A DNA stretch of 64,000 nt from Candidatus Buchananbacteria bacterium RIFCSPHIGHO2_02_FULL_39_17. GTDB taxonomy: Bacteria > Patescibacteriota > Patescibacteriia > Buchananbacterales > UBA6539. Every line of letters begins with the position of its first letter. The first letter of the stretch is position 1. The stretch is taken from assembly GCA_001817425.1 (NCBI GenBank), contig MHII01000012.1:77-64076 (forward strand). The letters are read 5' to 3'. The notes under the pieces are model-generated. The model ran no database searches. It saw only the letters and a program-made list of their open reading frames with translations, and was not told the origin of the DNA. A program made the translations under genes and the position numbers. Positions 1 through 9,595 of this stretch are shown in pieces.

Positions 1-89
1 TTCGTCAACTAAAATCATTGCCAAGAAATTAGATTTTTGGTAGAATTAAAGTGCTTCATTTTTAGCAGTTAATTTAATTATTTAAAAAT

Positions 90-2651
90 ATGGGATTAAA
101 TAATTTGTTAGTGGACAAGGTTTCCCTAAGGTTAAAACAGATTATTTTTGTTTTGACTTTGGTGATTATTTTTTTGCCTTTAGTCATGAATAGCAATTTC
201 TTTTTTCCTTTTATCATCATCAAAAACGTTTTTTTTCATATCTCAGTTGAGATTATTTTTGTTGCCTATTTAATTTTAGCCTACCTTGATCGTCAATACC
301 GTCCAAATTTTAATCGGATCACTTTAGTTTTTTTGGCCTTTGTCGCCGTGGCCATTATCAGCAGTTTGTTTGGTCTGGGTTTTTATCGAAGTTTTTGGGG
401 GAATTACGAAAGAATGGCCGGTTTATTTCATCTTTTTCATCTATTTTTATTTTTCTTTGTTTTAGCGAATGTCATCAAGTCAGACAAAGATTGGCATTCA
501 TTTTTTACCTTTTCGGTTTTTGCCAGCCTGGTTATGAGTTTTATTGCCTTGGGGCAATGGCTCGGTGTTCCTTTTTTACTTAAGTCTTCCGGCGGCAGTC
601 GGCTTTCCGGCACGGTTGGTAATCCGACTTTTTTTGCCGCCTATCTGCTTTTTCATTTATTTTTTCTCCTCTATTTTTTCGCCGCCGAAAAAAAATTTAA
701 CCTTAAATTATTTTCTTTAAGTTTTTTAGCGCTTGATGGTTTTTTAATTATTTCTTCAATTTTTGATTTATTAGCCAGGGCGTTAGTGACCAATGGCATG
801 GCAAAAAGCCTGGACTGGGGTTTATTTAATTTAATTAAAGTGCCATTTTTAGGCGAAGCCATGCGCAGTTTGTCTAGTAGCCCTGAATATCAGGCCTATC
901 TGCCGTATCGTCGCGGCATTATTATTTTTGTGATTTCTTATCTTATTTTTCAGGGGTTAATTCTTTTAATTTGGCTTTTCCGCTCTAAAAAATTTAGTGT
1001 CACCGCTTTAATTTTAGTTAGTTTTATTTTTGAATTTATCATCTTTTTTAATACCCAAACGCGTGGTGCGATTATTGGCTTAGCGATCGGAATTTTTATT
1101 TTAGCGCTGGCGGCGCTCTTTGTCATTAAGGACAAAAAATTAAAACTTGTCAGTTTGCTTTGCTTATTAATTATTTTAATTTCACCGCTGGCGCTTTATT
1201 TAGGCAGAGATACAGAACTAATTAGAAATATTGGTCCATTAAGTCGTTTGGCCACCATCTCGCCTACTAACATCACCACGGAATCGCGCTTACTGGCCTG
1301 GAATGCTAGCTGGCAAGGCTGGAAAGAAACGCCTAAGTCGTTATTGATCGGTTATGGTTTGGAGCATTATTATTATGCCTTTAACAAATATTTTCCGGTA
1401 AAAATTTATAAGGACGCCGGTTCTCAGGTTTGGTTTGACCGAGCCCACAATGTCATTTTTGATATTGGTGTCACGACCGGGATGATTGGTTTAGTGATTT
1501 ATCTTTCGCTTCTCATTTTTGCGATTTTAGCCCTGATTAAAAATTTTTCTCAAGAAAAATTTTTAAGTTCAAGCTGGCTTTGGGTTGGCTTAATTGTGGC
1601 TTATTTTATTCAGAACTTTTTTGTCTTTGACACTTTAAACAGTGAAATACCTTTTTATTTATTTTTAGCTTTTGTCGTATTTCTGACCGGCAAAAATGCG
1701 TTAGTCAATGATCATTCAGAAAAAAAATCAAATCCGAATTATATCTATCTTGCAACGCTAGTCGTAGTTCTAATTTTTATAACTTTTGCGATTAATGTCA
1801 AAACTTTATCGGCCAATAATTATATTTTTCAAGCGTTACGGCCGAAGGAGGGTACCAAGCAAACAGTTCAGGATTCAATTAAATTTTTTAAAACGGCGCT
1901 TGAAAAATCTTTAGTCGGTCGCTATGAAGTCAGGGAGCAACTCTCTTACTATCTTGATGGCTTGATTAAAAAAGACGATATTTCGCCAGCTTACGCCGCG
2001 GAATTAGTCGATTACGTCAGCGAAGAATTAAATAAAAGCATTGCTGAAGAACCTAAAAACGTTAGACATTACCTTTTACTGGCCACTTTTTATAATGGCA
2101 TGACTAAAGTTAACCAAAGATATCCGCAAAAAGCCATTGAATTATTTGAAAAAGAAGTTGACTTGAATGCCACCCGACCCCAGATTTATTATGAAACTGG
2201 ACAGGCCTATTTGTTTCTCAATAATATTGATGAAGCAATTAAATATTTCAACCGCGGTTTAGCGCTTGCCCCCTGGGTCATTGATGACAATTGGAATTTA
2301 TTAGTTATTTACACGCTTTTTGGCAAAGATGATTTAGCCCAAAACCAATATCAGAAAATGATTAATGAGTTGGGCTGGCAGCCGGACATTGATGATTATC
2401 AAAAATTAGTTGATTTGTATGTTAAGGTTAAAAAATTTGATCAAGCGATTCAGTTTCAGGAGAAAATTATTGAATCAGTAAAATCAGCGGATAATTTTGC
2501 CAAATTAGCAGCGCTTTACGCTAAAATTGGCAACAACATTAAGGCCAGAGAATTAACAGACATGGCTGTTAAGATTGATCCAAATTTTACCCAAGAATCA
2601 GAAAAATTTTTGCAGCTTTTAGAATCAGGAGAATTACTTAACAAAGAATAG
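90..2651 (+). CDS. Polytopic membrane protein, O-antigen ligase (Wzy_C)-like, with C-terminal TPR repeats
   Basis: Many hydrophobic helices in the first ~550 aa. C-terminal ~300 aa has TPR-like helical repeats (YYETGQAYLFLNNIDEAIKYFNRGLALAP). The architecture matches O-antigen ligase/PglL-like proteins fused to TPR domains. Confidence 0.45.
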   Translation: MGLNNLLVDKVSLRLKQIIFVLTLVIIFLPLVMNSNFFFPFIIIKNVFFHISVEIIFVAYLILAYLDRQYRPNFNRITLVFLAFVAVAIISSLFGLGFYRSFWGNYERMAGLFHLFHLFLFFFVLANVIKSDKDWHSFFTFSVFASLVMSFIALGQWLGVPFLLKSSGGSRLSGTVGNPTFFAAYLLFHLFFLLYFFAAEKKFNLKLFSLSFLALDGFLIISSIFDLLARALVTNGMAKSLDWGLFNLIKVPFLGEAMRSLSSSPEYQAYLPYRRGIIIFVISYLIFQGLILLIWLFRSKKFSVTALILVSFIFEFIIFFNTQTRGAIIGLAIGIFILALAALFVIKDKKLKLVSLLCLLIILISPLALYLGRDTELIRNIGPLSRLATISPTNITTESRLLAWNASWQGWKETPKSLLIGYGLEHYYYAFNKYFPVKIYKDAGSQVWFDRAHNVIFDIGVTTGMIGLVIYLSLLIFAILALIKNFSQEKFLSSSWLWVGLIVAYFIQNFFVFDTLNSEIPFYLFLAFVVFLTGKNALVNDHSEKKSNPNYIYLATLVVVLIFITFAINVKTLSANNYIFQALRPKEGTKQTVQDSIKFFKTALEKSLVGRYEVREQLSYYLDGLIKKDDISPAYAAELVDYVSEELNKSIAEEPKNVRHYLLLATFYNGMTKVNQRYPQKAIELFEKEVDLNATRPQIYYETGQAYLFLNNIDEAIKYFNRGLALAPWVIDDNWNLLVIYTLFGKDDLAQNQYQKMINELGWQPDIDDYQKLVDLYVKVKKFDQAIQFQEKIIESVKSADNFAKLAALYAKIGNNIKARELTDMAVKIDPNFTQESEKFLQLLESGELLNKE

Positions 2652-2713
2652 GTTAAGGTTAATCAGCAGACTAAATTAGATATTAATTTTCTTAATTTTC
2701 AGCCATAAAAAAC

Positions 2714-4969
2714 ATGGCTTTAATTTCTAAAAAAATTAGATTAAAATTTTTTTTATTTGTTTTTTTATTTCAATTTTTCGTGTTTTTTTATAATTCAGAT
2801 GTTTTGGCTAAAAATGAACAAATCGACTATCGTCTAGGCGAGGTTTTGTTAAAGTTTAAGGGCGATGAGGAGATCTATAAATTAAAATTTTCCGTCGAGA
2901 CTGACGTTGGGCAAATTATTAATCAATACACAAATTTCGGTGAAATTGAAAATATCAGCCCAAACTATTTAGTTAGGGCTACGGCTTTTCCTAATGACCC
3001 GGACTATTTGTTGCAGTGGTACTTAAATCCAATTAACGCGAAAGCGGCTTGGTCAAAAGCCTTGGTGGTCCGGGAACAGGAATTTAATAGTCGGCAGTCA
3101 GTCATTGCTGTTTTAGATAGCGGTGTTGATTTAAATCATCCAGATTTAAAAGGACAAATTTGGCGCAATAAAAAAGAAATCGCTAATGACCAAGTTGATA
3201 ATGATAATAATGGCTATACGGATGACATCACTGGTTGGGATTTTGTTGAATGGGATAATGATCCCAATCCATCTTTTACTTTCGGTTTTGATGAAAGTGC
3301 GATTAAGCATGGAACAATTGTCGCGAGTCTCGCCGCGGCGACCTCGCATAATAATCAGGGCATTGCCGGCGTTAGTTGGTTCAGCCAAATTATGCCCTTG
3401 CGCGTTTTAGACAGCAGTGGGGCTGGGGATATCTATACGGTTATTCAGGCGATTAATTATGCGGTTAGTAACGGCGCGGATATTATTAATATGAGTTTTA
3501 TTGGTAGCCATTTTGAAGCTAATTGGTTTTCGGCCATCAGAAATGCTTATAATAAAAATGTGTTGGTGGTGGCCGCGGCGGGTAATACTGATCCAGCGGT
3601 CAATGGCGTTAATCTTGATCTTCATAAGTATTATCCAGTTTGTTTTGACGGGGATAATGGTGAAAATTTTGTCATTGGCGTGGCGGCCGTAGGCAAGGAT
3701 CTAAAGAAATCAAGCTTTTCCAATTATGGCAGTTGTATTGACATTACGGCGCCAGGCGAGGATTTTTATGCGGCCCAGGTTTATAATCCTAAATTTAGCG
3801 GCTTTAGCAATTATTATGATGGCTATTGGTCCGGGACTTCACTGTCCGCGCCATTAGTCAGCGGTACCCTGGCTTTAATTAAGGCTTTGCGACCTTCTTT
3901 AACTGCCTCGCAAATCAGAGATTTTGTTTTTGAAGGTGCTTCTGATATTGATCAATACAATGCCGAATTTAAAAATAAATTGGGAGCGGGAATGCTTGAT
4001 GTGGCTAATGCAGTGGAAGTCACCTTGGGCAAAAGAGTGTCTAAAGAAAAGGGCGGTGAAGATAATTATATTTTGGTGGGCTTAGGTTCAGGATCTTTTC
4101 CGCAATTAAAGATTTTAAGAACTGATGGTTCAGTTTTTAAAGAATTTTACGCCTATAGTCCGACTTTTAACGGGGAAGTGAAAGTGGCGGCGGGCGATGT
4201 TAACGGTGATGGTCAAGATGAAGTGGTCACCGGAACCGGCAGTGGCGGCGGGCCTCATGTTCGGATTTTTAACATTGAAGGTCAGTTAATTTCCCAATTT
4301 TTTGCGGCTGATAAAAAATTGCGCGGTGGGATTAATATCGCCGTGGCTGACATCAATGGGGATAACATTGACGAAATTATTACTGGTGCGGGCAAGGGGA
4401 GCGAGCCAGAAGTTAAAATTTTTGACTCGCAAGGTAATCTTTTAAAAAAGTTTTTGGCTTATAACCAAACTTTTCGGGGCGGAGTTAAGGTTGCGGTCGC
4501 TGATTTTAACCATGACGGTAAGAACGATATTGTGACTGGGGCGGGCAGTGGCGGCGGGCCTCATGTTCGAGTTTTTAGTTCAGATGGCGAATTAATTTCC
4601 CAATTTTTTGCTTTTAATAAAAATTCTAGGGGTGGGGTTAATGTTGCCGTGGCTGACTTGCACGGTGACGGCCAGCCTGAAATTATTGCTGCGATTGAAA
4701 ATAATGCGGTGCCAGAAGTCAGGGTTTTTACTTATCTTGGTTCGCCGGCGGGCAGTTTTTTTGCCGCTAATCCGAATTCTTTAACCGGTGTTAATATTTC
4801 TGCCGGCGATGTTGACAATGACCGAATTGCCGAAGTTATTACCGGCTTAGGCGTTGGCGGCAATTCGGAAATTAAAATTTTTGATTTACAAGGGAAAACT
4901 AAATTTGAATTTTTTGCCCACACCTTAAATTATCTTGGCGGCGCTAGGACCGCTGTCTTGCGCTATTAA
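2714..4969 (+). CDS. Secreted subtilisin-like serine protease (peptidase S8) with C-terminal FG-GAP/VCBS-type repeats
   Basis: N-terminal signal/TM segment. Catalytic Asp (VLDSGVD), His (HGTIVASLAAA) and Ser (GTSLSAP) motifs. Five or more repeats of VADxNGDGxDEIxTGxGxGGGPHVRIF, typical FG-GAP. Confidence 0.8.
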   Translation: MALISKKIRLKFFLFVFLFQFFVFFYNSDVLAKNEQIDYRLGEVLLKFKGDEEIYKLKFSVETDVGQIINQYTNFGEIENISPNYLVRATAFPNDPDYLLQWYLNPINAKAAWSKALVVREQEFNSRQSVIAVLDSGVDLNHPDLKGQIWRNKKEIANDQVDNDNNGYTDDITGWDFVEWDNDPNPSFTFGFDESAIKHGTIVASLAAATSHNNQGIAGVSWFSQIMPLRVLDSSGAGDIYTVIQAINYAVSNGADIINMSFIGSHFEANWFSAIRNAYNKNVLVVAAAGNTDPAVNGVNLDLHKYYPVCFDGDNGENFVIGVAAVGKDLKKSSFSNYGSCIDITAPGEDFYAAQVYNPKFSGFSNYYDGYWSGTSLSAPLVSGTLALIKALRPSLTASQIRDFVFEGASDIDQYNAEFKNKLGAGMLDVANAVEVTLGKRVSKEKGGEDNYILVGLGSGSFPQLKILRTDGSVFKEFYAYSPTFNGEVKVAAGDVNGDGQDEVVTGTGSGGGPHVRIFNIEGQLISQFFAADKKLRGGINIAVADINGDNIDEIITGAGKGSEPEVKIFDSQGNLLKKFLAYNQTFRGGVKVAVADFNHDGKNDIVTGAGSGGGPHVRVFSSDGELISQFFAFNKNSRGGVNVAVADLHGDGQPEIIAAIENNAVPEVRVFTYLGSPAGSFFAANPNSLTGVNISAGDVDNDRIAEVITGLGVGGNSEIKIFDLQGKTKFEFFAHTLNYLGGARTAVLRY

Positions 4970-4978
4970 TTATCAGCG

Positions 4979-5428
4979 ATGATTAATTTTCAATTAGTTT
5001 TTAGAAATTATTTAGATCAGCACAAGCTTTTTAAACAGTTTGTCAAATTTTGTATTGTCGGTGGGACTTCGGCGGCATTTAATTTTTTGATTTACTATTC
5101 CGTGACGGAGTGGTTAGGGGTTTGGTACGTTTATTCTTCAATTGTTGCTTTTTTAATTTCTGCAGTATTTAATTTTTTGGCAAATAAAAACTGGACTTTT
5201 AGAAATACCGATATCGGCTGGGCGATGATAAACCAGTTAAGTAAATTCGCCACGGTGATGATCTCTGGCCTAATTATTAATACCGCCATTATTTATTTTT
5301 TAACTGATTGGTTCGGATTTGATTATCGTCTATCCTGGGTTTTTGCCACGGGCATAGTCACTTTTTGGAATTTTAGTTTCAATCGGTTTTGGACTTTTCG
5401 CCATCGTCAAAATTTATCCCTTGAATAA
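4979..5428 (+). CDS. GtrA family polysaccharide-synthesis membrane protein
   Basis: ~150 aa with 4 TM helices and the FVKFCIVGGTSAAFNFLIYY GtrA signature. Sits with GT2 and DUF2304 genes. Confidence 0.7.
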   Translation: MINFQLVFRNYLDQHKLFKQFVKFCIVGGTSAAFNFLIYYSVTEWLGVWYVYSSIVAFLISAVFNFLANKNWTFRNTDIGWAMINQLSKFATVMISGLIINTAIIYFLTDWFGFDYRLSWVFATGIVTFWNFSFNRFWTFRHRQNLSLE

Positions 5429-5526
5429 ATAAATTAGTTATTTTATAATTATAATAAAGGTTAAGATTAATACAGTGTTTGTTTAAAGGCATAAGATAAT
5501 ATTATACAAATTCATTTTGAGATTTT

Positions 5527-5560
5527 CCGCCCAAGGCGGATCCGCCTCTGGCGGAGAGGA
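5527..5560. mobile_element. GC-rich double-hairpin element, family 2, flanked by an 11-bp direct repeat
   Basis: ccgcccaaggcggatccgcctctggcggagagga lies between two copies of tttgagatttt (5516-5526 and 5561-5571). Confidence 0.65.
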
Positions 5561-5576
5561 TTTGAGATTTTAAACT

Positions 5577-6599
5577 ATGGCTAAAAAACCAATATTTGAA
5601 AAACCCAATATTTTAGTCACTGGCGGCGCTGGTTTTATCGGTTCGCACCTTTGCGACGAACTGATTAAAACCAGTAAAGTTATCTGCGTTGATAATTTTA
5701 TTTCCGGCGATGAAGTGAATATTGACCATTTGCTTCAGAATCCTGATTTTGAATTTATCAAACATGATATTAATCAACCTATTATTTTGGAAGATTATCG
5801 GGAATTGGAGAAATTCAAAATTAAATTTCAAGGGCTTCAGGAAATTTATCATCTGGCTTGCCCGACTTCACCGAAAGATTTTGAAAAAACAAAAATTGAA
5901 ACGGCTTTAGCTAATTCGGTTGGCACCAAAAATGTTTTGGATTTAGCCCTAAAATACAAAGCTAAATTTTTACTTGCTTCTTCGTCGGTCGTCTATGGCC
6001 CGAGAAACCAGAAAAATCTTTATTTTAAAGAAGATTATAACGGTGCAGTTAATCATTTGAGTCCCCGGGCTTGCTATGACGAGGGCAAAAGATTTGCTGA
6101 AACTTTGGCATGGACTTACGGTGAAGTTTATAATTTGGATACTAAAATTGCCAGAATTTTTCGGACCTATGGGCCTAAAATGAGACTAAAAACCGGCGAG
6201 ATGATTCCTGATTTTGTTTATAATGCCATCGAGGGAAGCGATTTGGTAATTTATGGGGATAAAAATTTTTCTTCTTCTTTTTGCCACGTGACTGATATTG
6301 TCGTTGGTTTAATGAAATTAATGAAGAGTTCGGAAAGCGGGCCATTTAATTTTGGCAGCGATATTGAATCAAAGTTAGTTGGTTTTGCCGAAAAAGTCAT
6401 TAACCTGACTGGTTCAAAATCAAAAATTATTTTTAAAGAGCCATTGCTTTTTATGACGCCGCTTGGCCTGCCGGATATTAGTTTAGCTAAAGAACGTTTA
6501 TCCTGGTTTCCCGTGGTTTTGCTTGATGAAGGCATTAAGGGGACGATTGATTATTTCAAAGCTTATCGGACGATTGTTCGCCCCGGCACTAAATTTTGA
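5577..6599 (+). CDS. NAD-dependent epimerase/dehydratase, UDP-glucuronate decarboxylase (UXS)-like
   Basis: Rossmann motif VTGGAGFIGSHLCDEL and SDR-family Y..K region (YDEGKR). Length and family fit UDP-xylose synthase-like enzymes. Confidence 0.65.
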   Translation: MAKKPIFEKPNILVTGGAGFIGSHLCDELIKTSKVICVDNFISGDEVNIDHLLQNPDFEFIKHDINQPIILEDYRELEKFKIKFQGLQEIYHLACPTSPKDFEKTKIETALANSVGTKNVLDLALKYKAKFLLASSSVVYGPRNQKNLYFKEDYNGAVNHLSPRACYDEGKRFAETLAWTYGEVYNLDTKIARIFRTYGPKMRLKTGEMIPDFVYNAIEGSDLVIYGDKNFSSSFCHVTDIVVGLMKLMKSSESGPFNFGSDIESKLVGFAEKVINLTGSKSKIIFKEPLLFMTPLGLPDISLAKERLSWFPVVLLDEGIKGTIDYFKAYRTIVRPGTKF

Positions 6600-6600
6600 T

Positions 6601-7296
6601 ATGAATGTCCAGGTTGTTATTCCGGCTTACAATGAAGCAAAAACAATTTTTGAAATTATTAGAAAACTTAAAGATCAAGTCAGTCAAATCATTACGGTTG
6701 ATGACGGTTCAACAGATGACACCGGTGAATTAGCCAAACAGGCCGGAGCAAAAGTCTTAACTCATTTTTTAAATCGTGGCCAGGGTGCAGCACTGCAAAC
6801 TGGCATTTCTTTTGCTTTGGCGAATGGGGCGGAAATTATTGTCACTTTTGACGCCGATGGTCAGCATAATCCCGATGAGATTGATCAGGTCATTAAACCA
6901 TTATTGTTGGGTGAGGTAGATGTAGTGCTGGGTTCAAGATTTCTGGAATCAAGAATTAAGAATCAAGAATTAAGAATCAAGAATGTTCCTTTAATGAGGT
7001 TCGTTGTCTTGAAACTGGCGGCTTGGTTTACCCGGCTTTATACTGGTCTTAAAGTGACCGATGCCCATAATGGTTTTCGGGCTTTTTCGGCAAAAGCCGC
7101 CAGTTTAATTGAAATTAAGCAAGACGGGATGGCGCATGCTTCAGAAATTATTGAACAAATTAAAAAACAAGGCCTAAAATTCAAAGAAGTGCCGGTGGAA
7201 ATTAATTATACCAACTACTCATTGGAGAAGGGTCAAAAGTTAAGCAATTCCTGGAGGATTGTTTGGGATTTAATCATTAAGAGAATATCAAAATGA
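6601..7296 (+). CDS. Glycosyltransferase family 2 (dolichyl-phosphate mannose/glucose synthase-like)
   Basis: VVIPAYNEAKTI, DDGSTDDT and DADGQH motifs. Likely start is ATG 6601, just after the upstream TGA; the ORF track extends it to 6523. Contains an in-frame heptamer repeat tract at 6959-6998. Confidence 0.8.
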   Translation: MNVQVVIPAYNEAKTIFEIIRKLKDQVSQIITVDDGSTDDTGELAKQAGAKVLTHFLNRGQGAALQTGISFALANGAEIIVTFDADGQHNPDEIDQVIKPLLLGEVDVVLGSRFLESRIKNQELRIKNVPLMRFVVLKLAAWFTRLYTGLKVTDAHNGFRAFSAKAASLIEIKQDGMAHASEIIEQIKKQGLKFKEVPVEINYTNYSLEKGQKLSNSWRIVWDLIIKRISK

Positions 7297-7679
7297 TTAT
7301 AAAAATAATTATTCTTTTGTTTGTTATTTTTGTTTTGTGGCGAACAACTTCTCGTTATTTAAGAGGCGATATCACGGTTCGCGAGTTGATGATTTGGGTT
7401 ATATTTTGGCTTTTAGTCGGTCTGGCCGTCGTTTTACCGCAAAAAACTGATATCATTGCTCAATGGCTGGGAGTCAGCCGCGGCGCTGATTTATTAGTTT
7501 ATTTGTCAATTATCGTTTTATTTTTTGTGGTTTTTAGAATTATTGTCAAATTGGAAAAGATTGATCAGGAGGTCACGAAAATAGTGAGGGAGGCAGCCTT
7601 AGAAAATGATAATAAATCCAAAGTTCAAAATCAAAATGTCAACTCAATGTCAAATGACAAAATTCAAAATAATATTTGA
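7293..7679 (+). CDS. Small membrane protein, DUF2304-like (GT2-associated)
   Basis: ~128 aa with 3 TM helices, 4-bp overlap with the upstream GT2. The GtrA-GT2-DUF2304 arrangement is common. Confidence 0.5.
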   Translation: MIIKIIILLFVIFVLWRTTSRYLRGDITVRELMIWVIFWLLVGLAVVLPQKTDIIAQWLGVSRGADLLVYLSIIVLFFVVFRIIVKLEKIDQEVTKIVREAALENDNKSKVQNQNVNSMSNDKIQNNI

Positions 7680-7714
7680 CATTTGGATTTTGGATTTGAT
7701 TTGACATTGGTCAT

Positions 7715-8791
7715 TTGGATTTTGTTATTTTGCGTATGGCCGACAGAGTATTAATTATCATTTTATGCTACAACGGCGCGGATTATCTCCGCGACTGTTT
7801 GTCTTCACTTAGTAAACTTAATTATTCTAAAGATAGTTTTGAAATTTTAGTCATTGACAACGCTTCAACTGATAATTCCGTTGCAACAATTAACAGTTTA
7901 CAATCAACAATTAACAATTTAATTTTAATTCAGAATAAAACTAATCTTGGTTTTGCCACCGGCAATAATATTGGCCTGCAATATGCCATTAACCATAATT
8001 TTGATTATGTTTATTTGTTAAACCAAGATACGGTGGTTGAGCCAGATTTTTTGGAAAAAGCTGTTGAAATCGGGGAGTCAGATATTCAAATCGGCGCGGT
8101 GCAATCAAAACTGCTTTTATTTCAAGATAAAACTAAAATTAACAGCATCGGCAATGAAATTCATTATTTAGGCTTTGGTTTTGCCGGCGGTTACCAGTTG
8201 CCAGATCAGGAGTTAGAAGTCAGAGAGATTACCTATAGTTCCGGCGCCGCCAGCCTGTACCGCATCTTAGCGTTAAAACAAGTTGGCCTCTTTAACCCTG
8301 ATTTTTTTATGTACCACGAAGATACTGATTTGGGCTGGCGGCTGTGGCTTTTTGGTTTTAAAATAATTTTAGCGCCAAAATCTGTGGTTTACCATAAATA
8401 TGAGTTTTCCCGCAGCATTCAAAAATATTATTTTATGGAACGGAACCGTTATTTGGTGCTTTTACAAAATTATAAATGGCAAACTTTGTTGTTAATTGGT
8501 CCAGCTTGCGCCTTGATGGATGTGGTGATGTTTTTTTACTCATTTTTTGCCGGCTGGTGGCGGGAAAATTTAAAAGTCTGCTGGTATTTTTGCCACCTAA
8601 AAAATTGGCAAAAAATAATAAAGACCAGACGTCGGGTCCAATCTAAACGAAAAATCACTGACCGGGAAATGGTTGAACGTTTTGTCGGTAAAATTGAGTT
8701 TCAGGATTTGGATAATCCGTTACTGACTAATTTAGTCAACCCGGTTTTTAATTTATATTGGCAAATAGTGAAGAGATTGATTTTTTGGTAG
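7715..8791 (+). CDS. Glycosyltransferase family 2 (rhamnosyltransferase-like)
   Basis: ILCYNGADYLRDCLSSL and DNASTDNS motifs plus a DxD-region. An alternative start is ATG 7736. Confidence 0.75.
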   Translation: MDFVILRMADRVLIIILCYNGADYLRDCLSSLSKLNYSKDSFEILVIDNASTDNSVATINSLQSTINNLILIQNKTNLGFATGNNIGLQYAINHNFDYVYLLNQDTVVEPDFLEKAVEIGESDIQIGAVQSKLLLFQDKTKINSIGNEIHYLGFGFAGGYQLPDQELEVREITYSSGAASLYRILALKQVGLFNPDFFMYHEDTDLGWRLWLFGFKIILAPKSVVYHKYEFSRSIQKYYFMERNRYLVLLQNYKWQTLLLIGPACALMDVVMFFYSFFAGWWRENLKVCWYFCHLKNWQKIIKTRRRVQSKRKITDREMVERFVGKIEFQDLDNPLLTNLVNPVFNLYWQIVKRLIFW

Positions 8792-8896
8792 GAAATAAAT
8801 TTTGAATTTTGAAATTTGAATTTTGAATCAATTTTGAATAACCGAATTTTGAAAAATTAAGATATTAGAATTTGAATCGAAATTCAAAATTAAAAA

Positions 8897-9238
8897 TTAG
8901 ATTTTTTTTACCTCTCTTTCTACCCATTTCTCGTATTCCAGATTAGACTCGGTTTTCCAACCCTCAATTAATGGAATTTTATAAGGGTGGAGTTTTTTTA
9001 TTTCATTTTTAACTTTTTGCCAGTTTTCTTTTTTAGTTTTAAAAATCGCCGCGATTTCTTGGTCATTAACAATTTTGCCTTGCCACCAATAACTTGATTT
9101 AATTGGGAAAAAATTGGCGCAAGCAATCAATCGCTTTTTTAATAATACCGAAGCGATTTTTTTCGCGGTTTTTAAATTAGGAAAAGTAGCGTAAATATTA
9201 ATAATCATATTTATTTGATTTTTTCTACTTGTTGTCAT
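8897..9238 (-). CDS. cutA: Divalent-cation tolerance protein CutA
   Basis: ~113 aa. The pattern IINIYATFPNLKTAKKIASVLLKKRLIACANFFP...YWWQGKI matches the CutA1 family. Confidence 0.65.
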   Translation of the reverse strand: MTTSRKNQINMIINIYATFPNLKTAKKIASVLLKKRLIACANFFPIKSSYWWQGKIVNDQEIAAIFKTKKENWQKVKNEIKKLHPYKIPLIEGWKTESNLEYEKWVEREVKKI

Positions 9239-9283
9239 CCTGAATTTATTTCAGGATCTCATTCAATAGATTCTGAAACAAGT

Positions 9284-9532
9284 TCAGAATGACACACTCT
9301 TGTCAATCAATTTTGCCATTTCCGTATCTTTGTCCGTCACCTTGCCTTCGCTGTGCGTGGTTAAAGTGATTTTCACTTTTTTGTAGCCGTAAATTAAAAT
9401 ATCAGGATGATGGTTATTCGCCTCGGCGATTTCCCCGACTTGATTGACAAAAGCCAAAGCTTCTTTAAAATTTTGAAATATAAATTCTTTAGTTAAACAA
9501 TTATTTTGATTGAGCCAGTTATCATTACTCAT
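9284..9532 (-). CDS. Pterin-4-alpha-carbinolamine dehydratase (PCD/DCoH)
   Basis: 82 aa with the conserved E..NHHPD motif (EANNHHPD). Confidence 0.8.
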   Translation of the reverse strand: MSNDNWLNQNNCLTKEFIFQNFKEALAFVNQVGEIAEANNHHPDILIYGYKKVKITLTTHSEGKVTDKDTEMAKLIDKSVSF

Positions 9533-9595
9533 ATTTTTAAATATTGGATGAGTGAGTTAAAAAATTTGACTTATTTTTTTATTCAAAATCCTCTT

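Noticed and set aside
3146-3692. Several 60-80 aa ORFs antisense to or overlapping the subtilisin gene (3146-3388, 3186-3410, 3407-3625, 3501-3692). The same pattern occurs inside other long genes (e.g. 5613-5852, 6251-6535, 23292-23558, 27591-27800, 52635-53015, 55413-55676, 56326-56568).
   Set aside because: They are fully embedded in well-supported coding sequences on the other strand or frame. They have low-complexity composition and no recognisable motifs. They are typical spurious ORFs.
8792-8896. Low-complexity ttttgaat / attcaaaa palindromic tract after the second GT2. Similar tracts occur at 56080-56176 and 15291-15325. Considered as a distinct mobile element.
   Set aside because: These are composed of the same 7-8-mer units that fill many spacers, with no defined termini or duplicated flanks. 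They are treated as genome-wide AT-rich microsatellite-like filler rather than a discrete element.
9237-9257. Hairpin atcctgaa-tttat-ttcaggat between the pterin dehydratase and cutA, considered as an attenuator.
   Set aside because: It is a single short stem overlapping the cutA start codon. It is most simply an intergenic terminator or ordinary secondary structure. There is insufficient evidence for a regulatory role.
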